Assembly: GCA_963724295.1 (NCBI GenBank)
Contig: CAVRUC010000002.1
Location: forward strand, 160,001-224,000
DNA from: an uncultured Chloroflexia bacterium
GTDB lineage: Bacteria; Chloroflexota; Chloroflexia; Thermomicrobiales; UBA6265
Length of the DNA: 64,000 nucleotides
Reading direction: 5' to 3'
Shown: positions 30,596 through 39,748 of the stretch, piece after piece
How the letters are laid out: every line of letters starts with the position of its first letter
How positions within the stretch are numbered: position 1 is the first letter of the stretch
Translations under genes and position numbers: made by a program
Notes under the pieces: model-generated
What the model was told of the DNA's origin: nothing
Seen by the model: only the letters and a program-made list of their open reading frames with translations
The model's database searches: none

Positions 30596-32296
30596 ATGCC
30601 GACCATGCCGGATGCAACCACGAGCCGCGACACTCCGCTCGGGGTGCGGAACGATGCGCAGCCCTCGCGGTGGGGGGATGTGTTCAGCTCGCCGCGAGGC
30701 ATTTCAGTCCCCTGGCTCTTGATCTCACTTGGCACCGTGACCGCGTTGACCGCAATCATGATTCCGTTCCGCGGACAGCTCGGCGTCCTCAACGTGCTCC
30801 TTCTCTATCTCTTGCTGACCTTCTGCCTGGCGCTGATTGGTGGACTCTGGGCGGCGCTGCTCAGCGCGGTGCTCGGGTTCCTGGCCTTCGACTTCTTCTT
30901 CATTCCCCCGTTCCACACCCTTGACGTCGCCGCGCCAGATCATGTCCTGGCGCTCTTCGTCTATCTGGGAGTAGCGGTCGTCACCGTGCATCTGGTCTCC
31001 GGGATGCGGGACCGTACCGAGCACGCTCTGCAAGAGGGTCGCCGCATGGCTCTGCTGGCCGAGTTGAACGCGGCGCTGATTGGCGACGTGACCCTCGACG
31101 CCATCCTGGCGCGGATCGCCGAGCGCATTGTGACTGTCTATGGTGCGCAGGGATGCCGGGTCCTCGTCCGCGGCGAGGATGAGGAGTTGCGTACCGCCGC
31201 ATTCTTCCCGGAAGAGATCGGGCCAGACGTCGATCGCACCGGGCTCTCGCTGGCGGAATGGGCGGTGGCGCACCGCACTCCGGCCGGTCGTAGTGGTCGC
31301 GGCGGTCGGATCGTCGGCCGAAATCCGGTCACTCCCGGCTCGTCCTCTGGCGGCACTGACGTTCTCTATCTACCGATCACGACTGCGGACCGAATAGCCG
31401 GCGTGCTGGAGGTGTCTGGTCGGCCCGGAACAGGAGTCTTCCGGACTGAAGACCAGCAGACGCTGATGACCTTCGTCGATCAGGCTGCGCTGGCCCTGCA
31501 GCGTGCCCGGTTGAGCCAGGAGGCGGCCCAAGCGTCTGCGCTGGCCCAATCAGACGAGTTGAAGTCGGCCCTTCTCGCCGCCGTCTCGCATGATCTGCGC
31601 ACGCCACTGGCCTCTATCAAGGCCTCGGCCACCTCGCTCCTCGATAAGTCGGTCGAGTGGGACGAGGAGACGCGGCAGGACTTTCTGGAAGCGATCGACG
31701 AAGAGACGGATCGGCTCACGCTGATGGTGAGCAATCTCCTCGATCTTTCCCGGATCGAGGGAGGCGCGTTGCGGCCACAGAAGGATTGGTATGACATCGA
31801 CGAGCTCATCGTCGACGTGCGTGCGCGCCTTGCGCCGCGCACCAGGAATCATCCGCTGATCATCACCGTCGAACCCGATCTTCCGCTCCTGCGCTTCGAC
31901 TACGTGCAGATCGCGCAGGTTCTCGTCAATCTGATCGAGAATGCTGTCAAGTACACCGCCCACGGGACCGCAATCGCCGTTGCGGCGCACCAGGTCCCGG
32001 GAGCGGTCGAGGTCTCGGTGCACGATGATGGTCCCGGGATCCCGCGAGAACATCAGTTGCGCCTGTTCGACAAGTTCTACCGCGTCGCTGCAGCCACGGC
32101 TGCACCTGGAGTTGGTATCGGTCTCGCCATCAGCAAAGGGCTGGTCGAAGCTCACGGCGGGACCATTTGGGTTGAGAGCGAGCCCGGTAACGGAACCACG
32201 TTTCACTTCACCCTGCCGCTCCCTCCACCGGCCCACGCTCAGCCACGCCAGCCTGAGATTAGAACGTCGCCATCAGGATCGGAGCAGGCGGCATGA
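30596..32296 (+). CDS. kdpD: KdpD-like sensor histidine kinase (DUF4118 TM + GAF + HisKA + HATPase; lacks N-terminal KdpD/USP domains)
   Basis: FDFFFIPPFHTL, VSHDLRTPL, NLIENAVKY, DDGPGI, GVGIGL; start uncertain. Confidence 0.88.
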   Translation: MPTMPDATTSRDTPLGVRNDAQPSRWGDVFSSPRGISVPWLLISLGTVTALTAIMIPFRGQLGVLNVLLLYLLLTFCLALIGGLWAALLSAVLGFLAFDFFFIPPFHTLDVAAPDHVLALFVYLGVAVVTVHLVSGMRDRTEHALQEGRRMALLAELNAALIGDVTLDAILARIAERIVTVYGAQGCRVLVRGEDEELRTAAFFPEEIGPDVDRTGLSLAEWAVAHRTPAGRSGRGGRIVGRNPVTPGSSSGGTDVLYLPITTADRIAGVLEVSGRPGTGVFRTEDQQTLMTFVDQAALALQRARLSQEAAQASALAQSDELKSALLAAVSHDLRTPLASIKASATSLLDKSVEWDEETRQDFLEAIDEETDRLTLMVSNLLDLSRIEGGALRPQKDWYDIDELIVDVRARLAPRTRNHPLIITVEPDLPLLRFDYVQIAQVLVNLIENAVKYTAHGTAIAVAAHQVPGAVEVSVHDDGPGIPREHQLRLFDKFYRVAAATAAPGVGIGLAISKGLVEAHGGTIWVESEPGNGTTFHFTLPLPPPAHAQPRQPEIRTSPSGSEQAA

Positions 32297-33000
32297 GCGG
32301 CGAGCGGGTGCTGGTCGTGGACGACGAGCCGCAGATCCGGCGCGCACTCAAAAGCGCGTTAACCGCGCACGGTTACGACGTCGCCGTCGCCGAAGATGGC
32401 GCCGTGGCGCTGGAGACGATCGCGTCGTGGGCTCCAGACGCCGTCGTCCTCGATCTGGTCATGCCGGGTGTCGACGGGTTCGAGGTGCTGCGACAAACCC
32501 GCACCTGGTCGCCCGTGCCGATCATCGTCCTCTCCGCCCGAGGGGGTGAAGCCGACAAGGTTGCCGCCCTCGACCAGGGCGCCGACGACTACCTCACCAA
32601 GCCCTTCGGCATGGCCGAGCTCCTGGCGCGGCTGCGGGTGATGTTGCGCCGGGAACGGGTCGAGGCGGCAGAAGAGGTTACCGTGGGCGACGTGACGATC
32701 GATTTCAGGCGACACCTCGTCGTTCGCGCTGGCCACGAGGTGCATCTCACGCCGACCGAATTCGACCTGCTTCGCGTGCTGGCGAGTGAGGCGGGGAGGG
32801 TGCTTACTCACCGCCAGCTTCTGGAGCGCGTGTGGGGCAGCTACGCTGCCGAGAATTCCCAGCAGCTACGTGTCTATATCAACTACCTTCGTCGCAAGCT
32901 GGAAGATGATCCGCGTGATCCGAAGTTGATTGTCACGGAGCCGGGCGTTGGCTACCGGCTGCTTTCCGGCGCCTCACCGCCATCTCCTCAGGAACTCTAA
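32293..33000 (+). CDS. kdpE: KdpE-like OmpR-family response regulator
   Basis: VVDDEPQIRRAL, LDLVMP, DKVAALDQGADDYLTKPF, VHLTPTEF, TEPGVGYR; ATGA overlap with the kinase. Confidence 0.92.
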   Translation: MSGERVLVVDDEPQIRRALKSALTAHGYDVAVAEDGAVALETIASWAPDAVVLDLVMPGVDGFEVLRQTRTWSPVPIIVLSARGGEADKVAALDQGADDYLTKPFGMAELLARLRVMLRRERVEAAEEVTVGDVTIDFRRHLVVRAGHEVHLTPTEFDLLRVLASEAGRVLTHRQLLERVWGSYAAENSQQLRVYINYLRRKLEDDPRDPKLIVTEPGVGYRLLSGASPPSPQEL

Positions 33001-33061
33001 CCAGGTTCTAATCTCGGTCCCCCATTTCCTTACGCGATTCTAACGACGCCAGTCGTATCGT
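32996..33061 (+). promoter_or_regulatory. Candidate KdpE-type four-box operator plus -10
   Basis: TCTAAC-N5-TCTAAT-N16-CTTACG-N4-TCTAAC-N11-TATCGT. Confidence 0.75.
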
Positions 33062-33132
33062 CTCTTCCTGTCGCGAGCCTATCAACGTGCGACTGCGGAA
33101 TCGACGGCCGGCAAAGTCATCAAGGACCTGGC

Positions 33133-33297
33133 ATGGAGCTCATCATCGGCACGTTCGTGATCGCCGTTGTCCTCATGGCCCTGGCAGCCGTGCGTGTCAG
33201 TCGCATCGGGTCGTGGCGAGCGATGGCGATGATCGCGGCATCGACCGGATCGCTCAAAGCCTGCGTAGCCTTCCTTCGCTACTGCGAGCGACTCTAA
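33133..33297 (+). CDS. Small membrane peptide (54 aa) ending ...VAFLRYCERL
   Basis: Manual translation MELIIGTFVIAVVLMALAAVRVSRIGSWRAMAMIAASTGSLKACVAFLRYCERL*; AAGGA RBS; behind the second four-box promoter; below the ORF-track cutoff. Confidence 0.65.
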   Translation: MELIIGTFVIAVVLMALAAVRVSRIGSWRAMAMIAASTGSLKACVAFLRYCERL

Positions 33298-33555
33298 GTG
33301 ACCAGTAGCGTGAGCAATGTGCAGGTGACCACGCAGTTCGTATGCGAGCGCAACAGTGAAGATCTGGTCGTCGCGGCCTGCCGGCTCGTTGGGTCCGGCA
33401 ATGAGGTGCGCAGTGTGCATGTCTTGAATCCCAGCCGGCCAACCTATGATGAGCTCTGGTGTTATCAGGAATCAGCGCGCGTCTGCCATGTTCGCTTGAG
33501 TGTCGACGGCACAGGCGTGGTTACGGTGCGTCCAGAATGCGGCGCCCAGGAGTGA
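33298..33555 (+). CDS. Possible small hypothetical protein (85 aa)
   Basis: GTG immediately after the stop of the 54-aa ORF; no recognisable motif. Confidence 0.35.
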   Translation: MTSSVSNVQVTTQFVCERNSEDLVVAACRLVGSGNEVRSVHVLNPSRPTYDELWCYQESARVCHVRLSVDGTGVVTVRPECGAQE

Positions 33556-33636
33556 TAGCTGGTTCGAGCCGAGGGGATTGCAGAGCCGCGCCTTTCTCCA
33601 TGTCATAGGCCAGGCCAATCGCCGGCGAGGATCTCC

Positions 33637-34125
33637 CTACCGGATCTGGAAGCGCATCAGCGGCAGCATCCGCCCCGGCATCACCGTCGACTCCGATTCT
33701 CCGGCGCGTTGGGCGCCCATCGCGAGATAGAACCCCTCGGCCTGGGGGTCGCTTTGCAGCACGATCTCCGAGCACCCGAGTTCCGCGGTGGTGGCCACGG
33801 CGTGTCGCCAGAGACGCTTGCCGACCCCTCGACCCATCGCCCCGGGTTCGACGAAGAGAGCGTCGAGCTCCGCCACGCCGACGTCCCGGTGCAGCAATCG
33901 GTAAAACCCCAACGGCGAATCCTCGCCGTCAATGATGAAGACCGTCGAGGTCGCGATGTCATCCGCGGTGAGGGTCAGATCGTCGCGGCAGGCGGCCAGA
34001 AAGTCGGCGTCGTATCCCCAGTGAGCCTTCGCGCGCAGCGCGAGCGCGCTGAGAGCACCGGCCTCTGCAGGGTGAGCGCGGCGGATTGCCGAATCGACAT
34101 CCGAGGTGTTCCTGTTGCCTGTCAT
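33637..34125 (-). CDS. GNAT N-acetyltransferase
   Basis: RAKAHWGYDADFL, LFVEPGAMGRGVGKRL, SDPQAEGFYLAMGA. Confidence 0.92.
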   Translation of the reverse strand: MTGNRNTSDVDSAIRRAHPAEAGALSALALRAKAHWGYDADFLAACRDDLTLTADDIATSTVFIIDGEDSPLGFYRLLHRDVGVAELDALFVEPGAMGRGVGKRLWRHAVATTAELGCSEIVLQSDPQAEGFYLAMGAQRAGESESTVMPGRMLPLMRFQIR

Positions 34126-34227
34126 CCTGCTGCCTGCCTTCACCCTTCCAACGTACCCGACATGCCGGTATCGAGCGTATCCTCCACCGTGTGCCGGCAT
34201 CTGGCGAGGGGCTGAAGGAGTGGTGCA

Positions 34228-34989
34228 ATGACCCGACTCGAGAACACGGTTTGCGTCATCACCGGCGCCGCCTTCGGCATCGGCCGCGCCACGGCGATGC
34301 GCTTCGCCCGGGAAGGCGCCCGCCTCGTCGTCACCGATATCCAGGAGGATCCACTGCTCGAGTTGGCGCGTGAGCTGCGCGAAACCGGGGTCGAGATCGA
34401 AGCCGTTACCGGCGACGTCTCGCTCGTCGACGACGCCCGGCGGATGATCCAGACCGCCGTCGATCGCTTCGGGCGGCTCGACGTGCTGGTGGCGAACGCG
34501 GGAATCATCCCCCTCGGCGACATTCTGGAATCGACCGTCGACGTCTGGGATCAGGTCATGGCCGTCGATGGCCGCGGCATGTGGCTGACCTGCAAATACG
34601 CGATCGAGGCGATGCTGCCAACCGGCGGAGGATCAATCATCTGTCTCTCCTCCATCTCTGGGGTAGAGGGACAGAAGCGGCAATCGACCTACGGCCCGGC
34701 CAAGTTCGTCGCGTCCGGGATTGCCAAGCATCTGGCAATCGAGTGGGCCGACCGCGGTATCCGCGTCAACGCCGTGGCGCCGGGAACGATTCGCACCGAG
34801 CGCGTCATGCGCCTGCCAGAGGAGCCGGGCGGAGTCGAGTATCTCGCGGCGATCGAGCGGATGCACCCCATGGGACGGATCGGTGAACCAGGCGAAGTGG
34901 CGGCCGCCATCCTGTTCCTCGCCTCAGCCGACGCCTCGTTCATCACCGGCGTCATTCTTCCCGTCGACGGCGGCTACTTGGCCCAGTAG
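34228..34989 (+). CDS. Short-chain dehydrogenase/reductase
   Basis: TGAAFGIG, VANAG, YGPAK, IRVNAVAPG, VDGG; AAGGAG RBS. Confidence 0.95.
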   Translation: MTRLENTVCVITGAAFGIGRATAMRFAREGARLVVTDIQEDPLLELARELRETGVEIEAVTGDVSLVDDARRMIQTAVDRFGRLDVLVANAGIIPLGDILESTVDVWDQVMAVDGRGMWLTCKYAIEAMLPTGGGSIICLSSISGVEGQKRQSTYGPAKFVASGIAKHLAIEWADRGIRVNAVAPGTIRTERVMRLPEEPGGVEYLAAIERMHPMGRIGEPGEVAAAILFLASADASFITGVILPVDGGYLAQ

Positions 34990-34990
34990 G

Positions 34991-35157
34991 TCCGCAAGTC
35001 GGGAGTCGGTAAGTCGGTCAGTCCGTAAGTGAGCACGACGAGTCGTCATTCGGGAGTCGTTTTTCGTCAGTCGGCAGAACGATCACTGGATGGTGGAGTG
35101 GTTAACTTCGTCCTTACCGACTGACCGACTTACCGACTGGCCGACTGGCCGACTCCG
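34991..35157. repeat. Two oppositely oriented TTACCGAC arrays forming a long inverted repeat between convergent genes
   Basis: agtcggtaagtcggtcagtccgtaag (~35004) matches the reverse complement of cttaccgactgaccgacttaccgact (~35113) at 25/26. Confidence 0.85.
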
Positions 35158-36124
35158 TCACTGGCATACCCACTCCCGCCTCCGGCCCTGCGACCACATC
35201 CAGGCGGCGGCGTGGGCGCTGGCGCGAGGGTCGAAGATGTCGTACTCCGCGAACGGGGTGCCCAGCCAGGTACCCGGCTTGAACTGGAACAGCCCGTACG
35301 ACCCGCCCCGCGCATTGACCGCCGTCGGCACGAGATCGGACTCACAGCGGGCCACCCGCAACATGTCCGCGCGCGGTTGTCCGTAGCGGTCGGCGGCGTC
35401 ATAGATGATGGCGATCAGCTCGCGCCGCGACCAGGACGTCGCATCCCGATCGGATCTGACCGGAGCTCGGCGGCGGGTGGCGAGATGCTTACCAAAGGCC
35501 CAGCCGGTGGCGTCCTGCCAGCGGACTTCGACAAATCCGTCACGGTGCTCCCCCGTCGGCACCACCCGCTCGCCGCGGGGCATCACGGCTGTCACCGGCG
35601 CGTCCTGACTCGGGCTTTGCCGGAGATTGAGATCCTTCGCGGTGATGATTTCGGCCGAGCCGCGAGGTGAAGCATCCTGATCTCGGCCATTTCGGCGCTC
35701 TCGGGCGCGGCCGCGAGTTCCTTGCTCCAACGCGACGACGTTCGAGTCGCGCGGGTGCTTCGCCCGATTGCCTGTCGCCGGTCGAGACCAATGGCTCCGT
35801 GGCCAGGTCACCGGTGAGCACATATCCTTCGAGCTGGCCGTGGCGGACCCGATACCAGCCGTTCTCCGCCTTGCCGTGGACCATCACCGTCGCCCCTTCG
35901 GGCAGTCGCAGGAGAGGCTCAGCATGGGGATCCGGTGCGGCGCGGAGGCGGGTTTGGGTGATGGCCGCGGCCGATCGCGACGGCACCCGCGCCAATACCG
36001 GCAGCGCCACAGCGCTCAACTCGAACAGGAGGAGCAGGATCAGGAGGGCAGCGCGTGATTTCCGGTCCCGGCGGCCGGAGAGGAGCGGCGCGTCCGCTGA
36101 GCGATTGCCGTCGAGGTGAAGCAT
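35158..36124 (-). pseudogene. 2x SH3b + lysozyme-like (Rpf/SLT-like) protein split by a frameshift at about 35745-35790
   Basis: Signal plus first SH3b (LRAAP...NGWYRV...EGYV) in one frame; second SH3b (LNLRQSP) plus ARCES...GLFQF...W.C in another. Could be a sequencing error. Confidence 0.75.
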
Positions 36125-36272
36125 CTCAGCATCAGCACGGTGGTCACGCTCGATGACGTCGCCCCAGGTCAGCCGGGGGCTCGGTGTCACACGCACACCA
36201 TGACACTCCAGCGGGCTCCATGCGGCGTCGATCAACTGAGAATACTACCTGCGTGTGAGAGAGACAGGGTTA

Positions 36273-36431
36273 GCCCCTCATCCCCAACCCTGAACGCCCC
36301 TCATCCCCGGCCCTTCTGCCCCTCGGAGCGGGGAGAAGGGAGAACGGCCAGCGACGGCGTTGAAAGCCCCTCTCCCAGCGGACTGGGAGAGGGGTTGGGG
36401 TGAGGGTTGTAGAGAGGTTGGGAGTGAGGGC
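36273..36431. repeat. REP-like composite palindromic element (CCCTCATCCCC...GGGGTGAGGG)
   Basis: Nested hairpins, e.g. CCCCTCTCCCAG-cgga-CTGGGAGAGGGG; second copy at 50801. Confidence 0.85.
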
Positions 36432-36467
36432 CGTTTGCGGAGAGGCGATCGGAGCGACGGTCGTCCC

Positions 36468-36520
36468 GCCGTCTACTTACCGACTAACCGACTTCCCGAC
36501 TGCCCGACTACTGACTACCC
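36468..36520. repeat. TTACCGAC-type 8-mer array
   Basis: cttaccgactaaccgacttcccgactgcccgact. Confidence 0.8.
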
Positions 36521-36527
36521 ACCCGCC

Positions 36528-37301
36528 CTACTGGCAGACCCAGCTACTCTTTTGCCCTTGAGACCACAACCATCCCGCGGCATTGGCGCTGGCCCAGGGA
36601 TCGTAGATGTCGTATTCGCCGTAGGGAGTGCCGGCAAAGGTGCTGGGCACAAACTGGAAGAGACCATGGTAGGCGCCACCGCCACCGACCGCGTTCGGAT
36701 CGAGACCCGACTCGCAGCGCGCGACTCGCAGCATGTCCTCGCGAGACTGCCCGTAGTTCTCGGCGGCCTCGTAGATGATGTCGATGATCTGGTCTTCGCT
36801 GTAGCTCGCGCCACCGGGGCCATAGGTGCCGCCGGTAACCGGTTCGGCGGACGCCGCCTCGACCGGTGCGCCACCATCGGAGTAGATCGGATCCGCGGTC
36901 ACCGTCTGGACGCCGCCGTTGCCGGCCTCATCTGTGGAGCCGCGGTCGCGGCCACCACCGTTGCCACCACCACCGCCATTGCCGCCGTCGTTTGCGACCT
37001 GGAGCAGACCGGCGGTGGCCCAGCCACTGATGCCGTCGTAGGTCACGGGGTAGTAGCCGTCGACAGGATCACCGTCGACGCTCATGACGGCGCCGGCCGG
37101 GGCTACGGTCAGGATGCCGTACTGCCCACCGGGACCGGCCAGAATCAGGGTGTCGCCAAGCGCCTGCCCATCCTGGGCCAGCGCCACGCGGTCGATCGAC
37201 GGCAGGAAGGCGGACCCAAGACCCGAGACGATCGTAACAACCGCGAGAAAGGCGGCGACCCTGAGGAAGCGGCGGGGGCCGCGGGATCGCGGGGACTGCA
37301 T
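36528..37301 (-). CDS. Secreted SH3b + lysozyme-like (Rpf/SLT-like) cell wall hydrolase
   Basis: Signal peptide, SH3b (DGYYPVTYDGISGWA), Gly-rich linker, VARCESG, GLFQFVPST, terminal WVCQ. Confidence 0.88.
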   Translation of the reverse strand: MQSPRSRGPRRFLRVAAFLAVVTIVSGLGSAFLPSIDRVALAQDGQALGDTLILAGPGGQYGILTVAPAGAVMSVDGDPVDGYYPVTYDGISGWATAGLLQVANDGGNGGGGGNGGGRDRGSTDEAGNGGVQTVTADPIYSDGGAPVEAASAEPVTGGTYGPGGASYSEDQIIDIIYEAAENYGQSREDMLRVARCESGLDPNAVGGGGAYHGLFQFVPSTFAGTPYGEYDIYDPWASANAAGWLWSQGQKSSWVCQ

Positions 37302-37664
37302 GTGACCTTCCCTCGTCCGTCACCACTCGGTCTGCAAGTCCAAGGCAGCGGGGCACGATGGTCCCGACCTGACACTCGCTGACCGACCGGTGATGGATCT
37401 TCCCAGCCGGAGCGCCCATCCGCGTCCGACCGTTTTGACGATGCGCCTGCATCGCCGGCCGCGAGTTCGGAGCAACCCCTCGGTGCTCCAGGCGCCAGAG
37501 TCGCGCTGCCGGACCTCCCTGGGGTTCGGTGGCGGCGTCTGCTCGCGGGGTCGCCCGGGCATCCCTTCCCGGACTAGTGACCTCGTGACAATGAACGCGC
37601 GCGAGGCGAGATCGGATTCATTCCTGACACGCGTCCTGTGCCAGGTTGTCCGCGGATGGGGGTA

Positions 37665-37693
37665 TTGCATTTCTTGATCTAGTACTGCACAAT
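37665..37693 (+). promoter_or_regulatory. Sigma70-type promoter upstream of the SAM riboswitch
   Basis: TTGCAT-N17-CACAAT. Confidence 0.55.
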
Positions 37694-37721
37694 GTCCCCC
37701 ACAACCGAAGAAGGAACCACA

Positions 37722-37821
37722 CTCATCCAGAGGGGCGGAGGGATCGGCCCATTGAAGCCCCAGCAACCACCCGGATTTCCGGGCAGGTGCTAAGTCCGAC
37801 AGCACGGAGCTGGGAGATGAG
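37722..37821 (+). ncRNA. SAM-I (S-box) riboswitch
   Basis: CTCATCCAGAGGGGCGGAGGGA.CGGCCC..TGAAGCCCCAGCAACC...GGTGCTAAGTCC...GAGATGAG; P1 CTCATC/GATGAG; upstream of sulfur-uptake genes. Confidence 0.95.
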
Positions 37822-37858
37822 GTTGGTTGTTCCAGCGACCGCAGTTCGTCGCACGGAC

Positions 37859-37892
37859 ACCCCCCATCTCCCACAGAGAGGGGGTTTTTGTT
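37859..37892 (+). terminator. Riboswitch expression-platform terminator
   Basis: ACCCCCCATCTC...GAGAGGGGGT followed by TTTTGTT; CATCTCCCA can alternatively pair with TGGGAGATG (37811-37819) as an antiterminator. Confidence 0.85.
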
Positions 37893-37923
37893 GCCCCCGT
37901 CCTGGTAGTTGAGGGAGGCGCGG

Positions 37924-38643
37924 GTGGCGGAGGCAGTCTCGGTACAGGGAGTGGCGCGGGTCTTTGCCGGCCAGGCAGGTCAGGTCGCGGTCTTGCGGGG
38001 GGTTGACCTCGAGGCGGCGCCCGGCGAGTTCGTGGCTGTCCTGGGCGCCAGCGGTTGCGGCAAGAGCACGTTGCTCAGGCTCGTGGCTGGTCTCGACACC
38101 GCTACGGCGGGTGAGATCAGGATCGGTGGCCGCACCGTGACCGACTGTGACCCTCGCTGCGCGATGGTCTTCCAGGAGCCGCGGCTCTTGCCCTGGAAGA
38201 GCGTCGCCCAGAACGTCGCCCTGGGCGCGCGCGGTGTTCCGGATGCGGAGACGCCAGCGGCGATGCTGGAGCGCGTCGGGCTTTCAGGCAGCGAGCGATC
38301 CTGGCCGTACCAGCTCTCCGGCGGTATGGCGCAACGCGTCGGCCTGGCGCGCGCGTTCGTCCGCAAGCCCGCGGTTCTCCTGTTGGACGAGCCGTTCGCC
38401 TCGCTCGACGCGTTCACTCGCCTGCAGATGGGTGACCTCCTGCGCGAGATCTGCCGCGATCGCTCCCGAACCGTGCTGCTGGTGACCCACGACGTCGATG
38501 AGGCGCTGCGCCTCGCCGATCGCATTGTGCTCCTCGGCGGCAAACCGGCGTCCGTCATCGCCGAGTACGCCATGACGGGTCATGACCCAATTCGCCTGCG
38601 CGCCGAGATTCTTGGTCGATTTGGGCTAAAGGAGGTGGCGTGA
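37924..38643 (+). CDS. ssuB: Aliphatic sulfonate/nitrate-type ABC transporter ATP-binding protein
   Basis: GASGCGKS, VFQEPRLLPW, LSGGMAQR, LLLDEPF, VTHD. Confidence 0.9.
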   Translation: MAEAVSVQGVARVFAGQAGQVAVLRGVDLEAAPGEFVAVLGASGCGKSTLLRLVAGLDTATAGEIRIGGRTVTDCDPRCAMVFQEPRLLPWKSVAQNVALGARGVPDAETPAAMLERVGLSGSERSWPYQLSGGMAQRVGLARAFVRKPAVLLLDEPFASLDAFTRLQMGDLLREICRDRSRTVLLVTHDVDEALRLADRIVLLGGKPASVIAEYAMTGHDPIRLRAEILGRFGLKEVA

Positions 38644-38737
38644 CAATCGGCGCCGGGACGTGTGTCCGGGCCTGGACCGGGGCCGCTGCCCCGGAACGAA
38701 TGACTCGAAACGATTCAGTCAGGAAAGGACGACGGAC

Positions 38738-39748
38738 ATGAGCATTTCACGACGCACGGTGATTCAGGGTCTGGCGGCGCTCGGGGTTGTCCCGGTGCTG
38801 GGTGCCGCGTCCCGCGGCGTCTCCGCGCAGGAGCAGCCGGCGACGGTCCGCCTCGACTATGCCTACTACAACCCCAGCAGCCTTGCCCTGCGGCGCTTCG
38901 GCTGGCTGGAGGAGACATTGCAAGAGCAGGGCATCGGGGTCGAGTGGGTGCTCAGCGCCGGCAGCAACAAGGCGAACGAGTACCTGCGCTCTGAAGCCAT
39001 CGACTTTGGATCGACGGCGGGAGCGGCCGCGCTGCTGGCGCGTGCCAATGGCTCGCCGATCAAGACCGTCTATATCTATTCAAAGCCGGAGTGGACGGCT
39101 CTGGTGGTGCCGGCCGATTCCCCCATCACCTCGGTTGCCGAGCTCAAAGGGAAAAAAATTGCGGCCACCAAAGGCACGGATCCCTATTTCTTCCTGCTTC
39201 GTTCCTTGAACGAGGCCGGGCTCTCCGGGACGGACGTCGAAGTGGTCAACCTGCAGCATGCCGATGGCCGAGTGGCGTTGGAGCGAGGGGAGGTCGATGC
39301 CTGGGCCGGACTCGACCCGCACATGGCGGCCAGCGAGCTTGAAGCGGGCTCGAAGCTCCTCTATCGGAATATCGACTTCAACACCTATGGCTTCCTCAAC
39401 GCCAACGAAGAGTTCATCACCCAGTTCCCGGAGCTGACCGCCACGGTGCTGCAAGCCTATGAGCGGGCACGGCTGTGGATTCTCGAGAACCCGGAAGAAG
39501 CCGCGCAGATTCTGGCCGAAGAGGCGAAGATCTCGAGCGAGGTCGCGCAGCGCGAGCTCTTCGAGCGGACGGTTCTCGACATGGACCCGGTGCCGGGAGA
39601 GACGCACGCCGAGGTGCTGCGCGCGGTCATTCCTATCTTTGTGGCGGAGAACCAGGTCAAGCCGGGAACTGACGTCGAAGCGGTGCTGACCGAGTTGCTC
39701 GCTCCGGAAACCGCGGCGAGTGTCGTCGCCGCGGAGCCAGCCGCCTGA
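38738..39748 (+). CDS. ssuA: Aliphatic sulfonate ABC transporter substrate-binding protein (Tat-like signal)
   Basis: SRRTVIQG; LDYAYYNP, GSNKANE, ATKGTDPY, DAWAGLDP. Confidence 0.9.
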   Translation: MSISRRTVIQGLAALGVVPVLGAASRGVSAQEQPATVRLDYAYYNPSSLALRRFGWLEETLQEQGIGVEWVLSAGSNKANEYLRSEAIDFGSTAGAAALLARANGSPIKTVYIYSKPEWTALVVPADSPITSVAELKGKKIAATKGTDPYFFLLRSLNEAGLSGTDVEVVNLQHADGRVALERGEVDAWAGLDPHMAASELEAGSKLLYRNIDFNTYGFLNANEEFITQFPELTATVLQAYERARLWILENPEEAAQILAEEAKISSEVAQRELFERTVLDMDPVPGETHAEVLRAVIPIFVAENQVKPGTDVEAVLTELLAPETAASVVAAEPAA

